DNA from: Candidatus Microgenomates bacterium
Lineage (GTDB): Bacteria > Patescibacteriota > Microgenomatia > JACPZF01
Direction: 5' to 3'
DNA length: 51,880 bases
Assembly (NCBI GenBank): GCA_016199065.1
Contig: JACQHK010000049.1
Coordinates: forward strand, 1 to 51,880
Under the pieces are notes generated by a model that saw only the letters and a program-made list of their open reading frames with translations, was not told where the DNA came from and ran no database searches. The position numbers and the translations under genes are program-made. Positions within the stretch are counted from its first letter, which is position 1. Each line of letters starts with the position of its first letter. Shown one piece after another: positions 48,775-51,880 of the stretch.

Positions 48775-48867
48775 TTTACGAATTTTCCAGTTTTCCAATT
48801 TTCCGAAAAATTTTCAGGATTTAATTTTGAAAATTATGAAAATTACGAAAATTTGAAAATTAATCTG
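48775..48867. repeat. intergenic AATTTTC/GAAAATT repeat element
   Basis: AATTTTCCGAAAAATT at 48797-48812, and TTGAAAATTATGAAAATTACGAAAATTTGAAAATTAATC at 48827-48865. Blocks are shared with 19888-19985, 25107-25177 and 13440-13490. Confidence 0.75.
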
Positions 48868-49674
48868 TTATGCCGTCCAAGAGGTCGTCAGAAATGCGAT
48901 TAAAAAAATTATCAGCGGAACAATAACAAACTCTAAAGCAACTCTTCTTAAAAGTCTTTCCTGAAAATGGTATCCTGCCAGACCCAGAAGCGCATAAAAA
49001 AGAGAGGTAAGCATTAATCCTGCCGTCAAAGTTTTTAAAGGCCAAAAAGAGAGAGTTAGCCCGATTTCTCCCATCAGGAGGGCTAATACTAAAGAAAAGG
49101 TCCATGTTTTCCTCTCCACATGTTCTGTTAACTCCACGGACCAGAGGTATTGGACAAATAACAAAAGAGATACTACAAAAAAAGTAAGGCCATTGGCATA
49201 AAAAGGTAAGTTAAGAGACATTACTAGATAAAATAATAAAAAGGAGGTCACAATCGTCAAATAGAAACCTACTGTTTGAGCTGCCCTTATAAGCTGTATA
49301 GTTCTCTCCCCTGCCACGTTAAAAATATTTTCCGTCAGCAGTAATGCATAAAAACCGATCCCGTAAAATACCGCGACCGGTAATCTGGTTATCCATCGGA
49401 CAGGCAACAAAAAGTAAAAATACGATACGGCCAAAGTAAACATCGTAGGCAGAGTCAGAAGCGTTAACCATTCATGTCTTGATAAATCTTCACGTAAACA
49501 AAAAACGGAAAAGACAAAGGAGGCCAAAACCACAATTAAAGTCACCGGATAACGATATTGAACTGAGACCAGCTGGGTTGCCAAAAGAATTAAAACCAAA
49601 AAAATTGTAGAAAAGGCAAATAGTTGGCGCTTCGAAAATGGCTTGAATTTTAACTTAAATTTTTTCATAACCAC
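48868..49674 (-). CDS. polytopic membrane protein, unknown function
   Basis: 268 aa with about 8 TM helices. It lies immediately downstream of yebC on the same strand. Confidence 0.6.
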   Translation of the reverse strand: MVMKKFKLKFKPFSKRQLFAFSTIFLVLILLATQLVSVQYRYPVTLIVVLASFVFSVFCLREDLSRHEWLTLLTLPTMFTLAVSYFYFLLPVRWITRLPVAVFYGIGFYALLLTENIFNVAGERTIQLIRAAQTVGFYLTIVTSFLLFYLVMSLNLPFYANGLTFFVVSLLLFVQYLWSVELTEHVERKTWTFSLVLALLMGEIGLTLSFWPLKTLTAGLMLTSLFYALLGLAGYHFQERLLRRVALEFVIVPLIIFLIAFLTTSWTA

Positions 49675-49691
49675 CCCGATTAATATTGTTT

Positions 49692-50435
49692 TTATTTAGC
49701 AACAAAGTTGGCGTTTGAATAAACTTTTTGTACATCGTCAAGATCTTCAAGTTTTTCCAGAAATTCTATTATTTTTGTCACATCTTCTGCCTCAACGTTA
49801 ATAAGAGAGGATGGCTTCATGGTAAGCTCAGCGCTTTCTACCAATAAGCCTTTACCCAAAAGCTCCTCCTTTACTTTGTGTAATTCATTAGGCTTAGTGT
49901 AAATTTCATAACCGTCGTCTGCTTCCTCTACCTCTTCTGCTCCGCCTTCAATTGCCAGAAGAAGCAAATCATCAGCAGACATTTCTTTTTGCTGTTTTTT
50001 GGGTAAAAAAATTACTCCGAGTAAATTAAATAAGTAAAAAACCGAACCGGAACTGCCAAGCGTACCCCCTCCGCGATCGAAAATATTTTTTACACTGGCT
50101 AAAGTTCTCAACCTGTTATCGGTCACGGCTTCCACCAGAATACCCACTCCCGACGGTCCAAAACCCTCAAAAACTACTTCTTCCAGTTGAGCCCCTTGCC
50201 CCTTACCCACTGCCCTGTCAATTGCCCGTTGAATATTTTCCTTGGGCATATTTGCCTCACGCGCTTTTTCCATCATCAGACGTAATTTAAAGTTGCTCGT
50301 AGGATCGGTTATTCCCCCTCCCTGGCGCACGGCAATAGTTATGGCATTGCCCAGCTTGGTAAAAGCTTGTCCCCGTTTGGCATCGGTAACACCTTTTTGT
50401 CTTTTAATTTGCGACCATTTTGAGTGACCGGACAT
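49692..50435 (-). CDS. yebC: YebC/PmpR-family protein
   Basis: MSGHSKWSQIKRQKGVTDAKRGQAFTKLGNAITIAVRQGGG is the canonical YebC N-terminus; 247 aa. Confidence 0.9.
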   Translation of the reverse strand: MSGHSKWSQIKRQKGVTDAKRGQAFTKLGNAITIAVRQGGGITDPTSNFKLRLMMEKAREANMPKENIQRAIDRAVGKGQGAQLEEVVFEGFGPSGVGILVEAVTDNRLRTLASVKNIFDRGGGTLGSSGSVFYLFNLLGVIFLPKKQQKEMSADDLLLLAIEGGAEEVEEADDGYEIYTKPNELHKVKEELLGKGLLVESAELTMKPSSLINVEAEDVTKIIEFLEKLEDLDDVQKVYSNANFVAK

Positions 50436-50518
50436 ATCTCAATAAGTACAATCTAAAATGTCCCACTTCGCTAAAGCTACGAAGGGATAAATATAATTTA
50501 CCATTATTTTGCTCAGTC

Positions 50519-50546
50519 ATTGTACATTGTAAATTGTACATTGTAA
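50519..50546. repeat. tandem 14-nt repeat ATTGTACATTGTAA x2 in a divergent promoter region
   Basis: Exact duplication (50519-50532 and 50533-50546). The inverted relative AATTTACAATTTACAATGTACAATGTACAATT lies at 47782-47813, upstream of xer. Confidence 0.8.
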
Positions 50547-50559
50547 ATTAAATTGTGTC

Positions 50560-50589
50560 TTGACATTTAAGCCCTATATTCCTTAAACT
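50560..50589 (+). promoter_or_regulatory. sigma70-type promoter for the TPR gene
   Basis: TTGACA at 50560-50565, an 18-nt spacer, then TAAACT at 50584-50589. The ATG at 50598 lies only 8 nt after the -10 and there is no SD, so the transcript would be near-leaderless. Confidence 0.45.
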
Positions 50590-50597
50590 TTCGCCCA

Positions 50598-51332
50598 ATG
50601 GGTAATGATTTAAAAACCAACGCCATTAAAGCTGCCTTGTCTGGTGAATGGAAAGAAGCTGTCAAGCTAAACAATAAGCTTTTGAAAGAAAACGAAATCG
50701 ACTGCGAAACCCTAAACCGGCTCGCACTTGCTTACAAAGCTCTCGGCAACACCAAGAAATCAATTACTGTCTATCAGAAAGTCTTAAAAATCGATAAGTA
50801 CAATTCCATAGCCTTAAGAAATTTAAGCATCTTAAAAAATGGTCAAAAAACCGCAACCGTTAACTTGGCGGCACAGATGGTTACCACCAATTCCAATATT
50901 TTCCTGGAAGAACCCGGTAAAACTAAAATCGTCAGTCTGGTTAATCTGGCGCCGGCACCTAAAATCCTCTCTCTTTATCCTACTGAGTCACTCTCTCTTT
51001 GTATCAAGCGTAAATCCGTCTTTGTCATCGATCAAAAAGAAAATTATATTGGCGCCTTGCCGGATGATATTTCCTATCGTCTGACGAAATTCATGCAGTA
51101 CGGATATAAATACGCCTGTTTTGTCAAAAGCGTTGATAAGAAAGGTTTAAGTGTTCTAATTAAAGAAACGGAAAGGGGCAAAAAATTAAAAAATCAGCCT
51201 ACCTTTGCCATCGGTTTTAATGATCGTGAATATGTCACAACGATTAACTCACCCGATACTGCAACCATAAAAACAACCAAAGACGAAGAATACGAAGGCA
51301 ACGGTGAAGTCAAGGCCGGCGACGAGGAGTAG
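50598..51332 (+). CDS. TPR-repeat protein with a C-terminal domain of unknown function
   Basis: TPR-like helices (WKEAVKLNNKLLKENEIDCETLNRLALAYKALGNTKKSITVYQKVLKIDKYNSIAL), then a ~150-aa beta-rich domain and an acidic tail. Confidence 0.6.
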   Translation: MGNDLKTNAIKAALSGEWKEAVKLNNKLLKENEIDCETLNRLALAYKALGNTKKSITVYQKVLKIDKYNSIALRNLSILKNGQKTATVNLAAQMVTTNSNIFLEEPGKTKIVSLVNLAPAPKILSLYPTESLSLCIKRKSVFVIDQKENYIGALPDDISYRLTKFMQYGYKYACFVKSVDKKGLSVLIKETERGKKLKNQPTFAIGFNDREYVTTINSPDTATIKTTKDEEYEGNGEVKAGDEE

Positions 51333-51880
51333 TCAGCATTTTCAAATATTCCTTTCCCACCATAATGCTTAAATCAGCACGTGACTCCGGCAGGACAGTT
51401 TCTTTTATCTGACAGTGAAAAATTGTTGCCAATCTACTTACCGTATAGGAGGAAACGTCTTCTTTGGCCGTGTAAATCAGGCAGTAACTGATTGGCGAAT
51501 TGAAATTACCGGTATTAATTACTTGAACACCCAAATTAGTTACTATTCTCGCCGCTTTTTCCGCCAGACCCGGTTCGTCGGTACTATTAAGTATTTCGCT
51601 TTTTAAACGCTCTTTTATTATCCCCTCTTCATTAAAAAGATTGTGCAGCTCATTGTCCAACACTTCCGGTTGGGCAGTAAGAACCAGACTACCATCTGCC
51701 TGCCGGTCCTCTATTAAAAGATTCGTGCTATAAAGATCAACAAATTGCAGTTTTCCCCCCGTGATTTTCTTAAATCTTAAATAGACAGAAAGCAAGTTGG
51801 GAAAAGTTAGGTTGGAATGAAATTTTCCTACGCCGGACGAGCTCTTAAATATTGCTTCCCAATTAATAATCTGTTCTTTG
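51310..51880 (-). CDS. LytR_C-domain protein, probably the C-terminal part of an LCP (LytR-CpsA-Psr) protein; 5' end outside the window
   Basis: My hand translation shows the frame stays open from 51795 to the window edge (...KEQIINWEAIFKSSSGVGKFHSNLTFPN-LSVYL). The LytR_C pattern ILNSTDEPGLAEKAARIVTNLGVQVINTGN...IYTAKED is present. Confidence 0.6.
   Translation of the reverse strand, partial: KEQIINWEAIFKSSSGVGKFHSNLTFPNLLSVYLRFKKITGGKLQFVDLYSTNLLIEDRQADGSLVLTAQPEVLDNELHNLFNEEGIIKERLKSEILNSTDEPGLAEKAARIVTNLGVQVINTGNFNSPISYCLIYTAKEDVSSYTVSRLATIFHCQIKETVLPESRADLSIMVGKEYLKMLTTPRRRP

Larger units (their letters stand above)
47805..48867. other. 1.06-kb ORF-free, repeat-rich region of unknown function (origin-like element or large structured RNA are candidates)
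   Basis: No ORF of 60 aa or more on either strand. The region contains a degenerate 25-nt motif array (48210-48594), TTATCCACA at 48476-48484, direct repeats ACTATAGGAT x3 and AAACTGTATCA x2, the palindrome CGTGAAAATTTATTCACG, and inverted purine-rich ends. Confidence 0.6.

Noticed and set aside
46821-48867. Integron-like arrangement, with a tyrosine recombinase divergent from a non-coding or cassette region
   Set aside because: Between the conserved Arg and the HxxR box the recombinase has only a short segment. It lacks the roughly 35-aa IntI-specific insertion. No cassette ORFs and no attC-like R''-L''/L'-R' (GTTRRRY) sites were seen. The protein reads as an ordinary XerC/D-type enzyme.
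47805-48867. tRNA, tmRNA, RNase P or SRP RNA gene in the ORF-free region
   Set aside because: No GGTTCGA-type T-loop, no tmRNA 3' end (TCCACCA), no RNase P CR-I (GAGGAAAGTCC) and no SRP GGAAGCAGCC motif was found on either strand by eye. A covariance-model scan is still needed to be sure.

Overview
This is a 51.9-kb AT-rich, gene-dense bacterial chromosome segment with about 45 real genes, mostly on the minus strand. The gene content looks Patescibacteria/CPR-like (inference only): a pseudopilin-rich type IV pilus cluster, many envelope glycosylation genes, a sortase, a membrane pyrophosphatase and almost no metabolism.

Gene order:
- A cohesin-like secreted protein.
- A T-box leader followed by an arginyl-tRNA synthetase carrying an N-terminal B3/B4 domain.
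- A roughly 16-kb minus-strand type IV pilus locus (3708-19887): pilB-pilT-pilC, a candidate major pilin, three GT-C-like membrane proteins, three GspG-like pilins, three minor pseudopilins, a PilX-like protein, a membrane-anchored protein and a Cys-rich secreted protein.
- A holB-like gene, then gyrB, the H+-pyrophosphatase hppA and gyrA.
- Small hypothetical genes.
- A sortase with an adjacent LAATG-anchored substrate.
- A roughly 16-kb envelope glycan locus (30734-46640): two glycoside-hydrolase-like proteins, an oxidoreductase, two GT-C, one GT4, three GT2 and a 1570-aa GT2-GT2-flippase-like-GT4 fusion.
- A Xer-type tyrosine recombinase.
- A 1.06-kb ORF-free, repeat-rich region.
- A membrane protein, yebC, a TPR protein and a partial LytR_C protein.

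Most noteworthy:
1. The ORF-free region 47805-48867. It holds a degenerate ~75-bp periodic motif array, a perfect DnaA-box consensus and short direct repeats. It may be an origin-like element or a large structured RNA.
2. The B3/B4-ArgRS fusion under an Arg (CGA) T-box.
3. The 1570-aa multi-glycosyltransferase fusion.
4. The GT-C genes embedded in the pilus operon.
5. A pervasive family of intergenic TG(A/T)AAATT-type repeat elements, including a 42-nt core conserved 39/42.

No CRISPR array, rRNA, tRNA or transposase gene could be supported.
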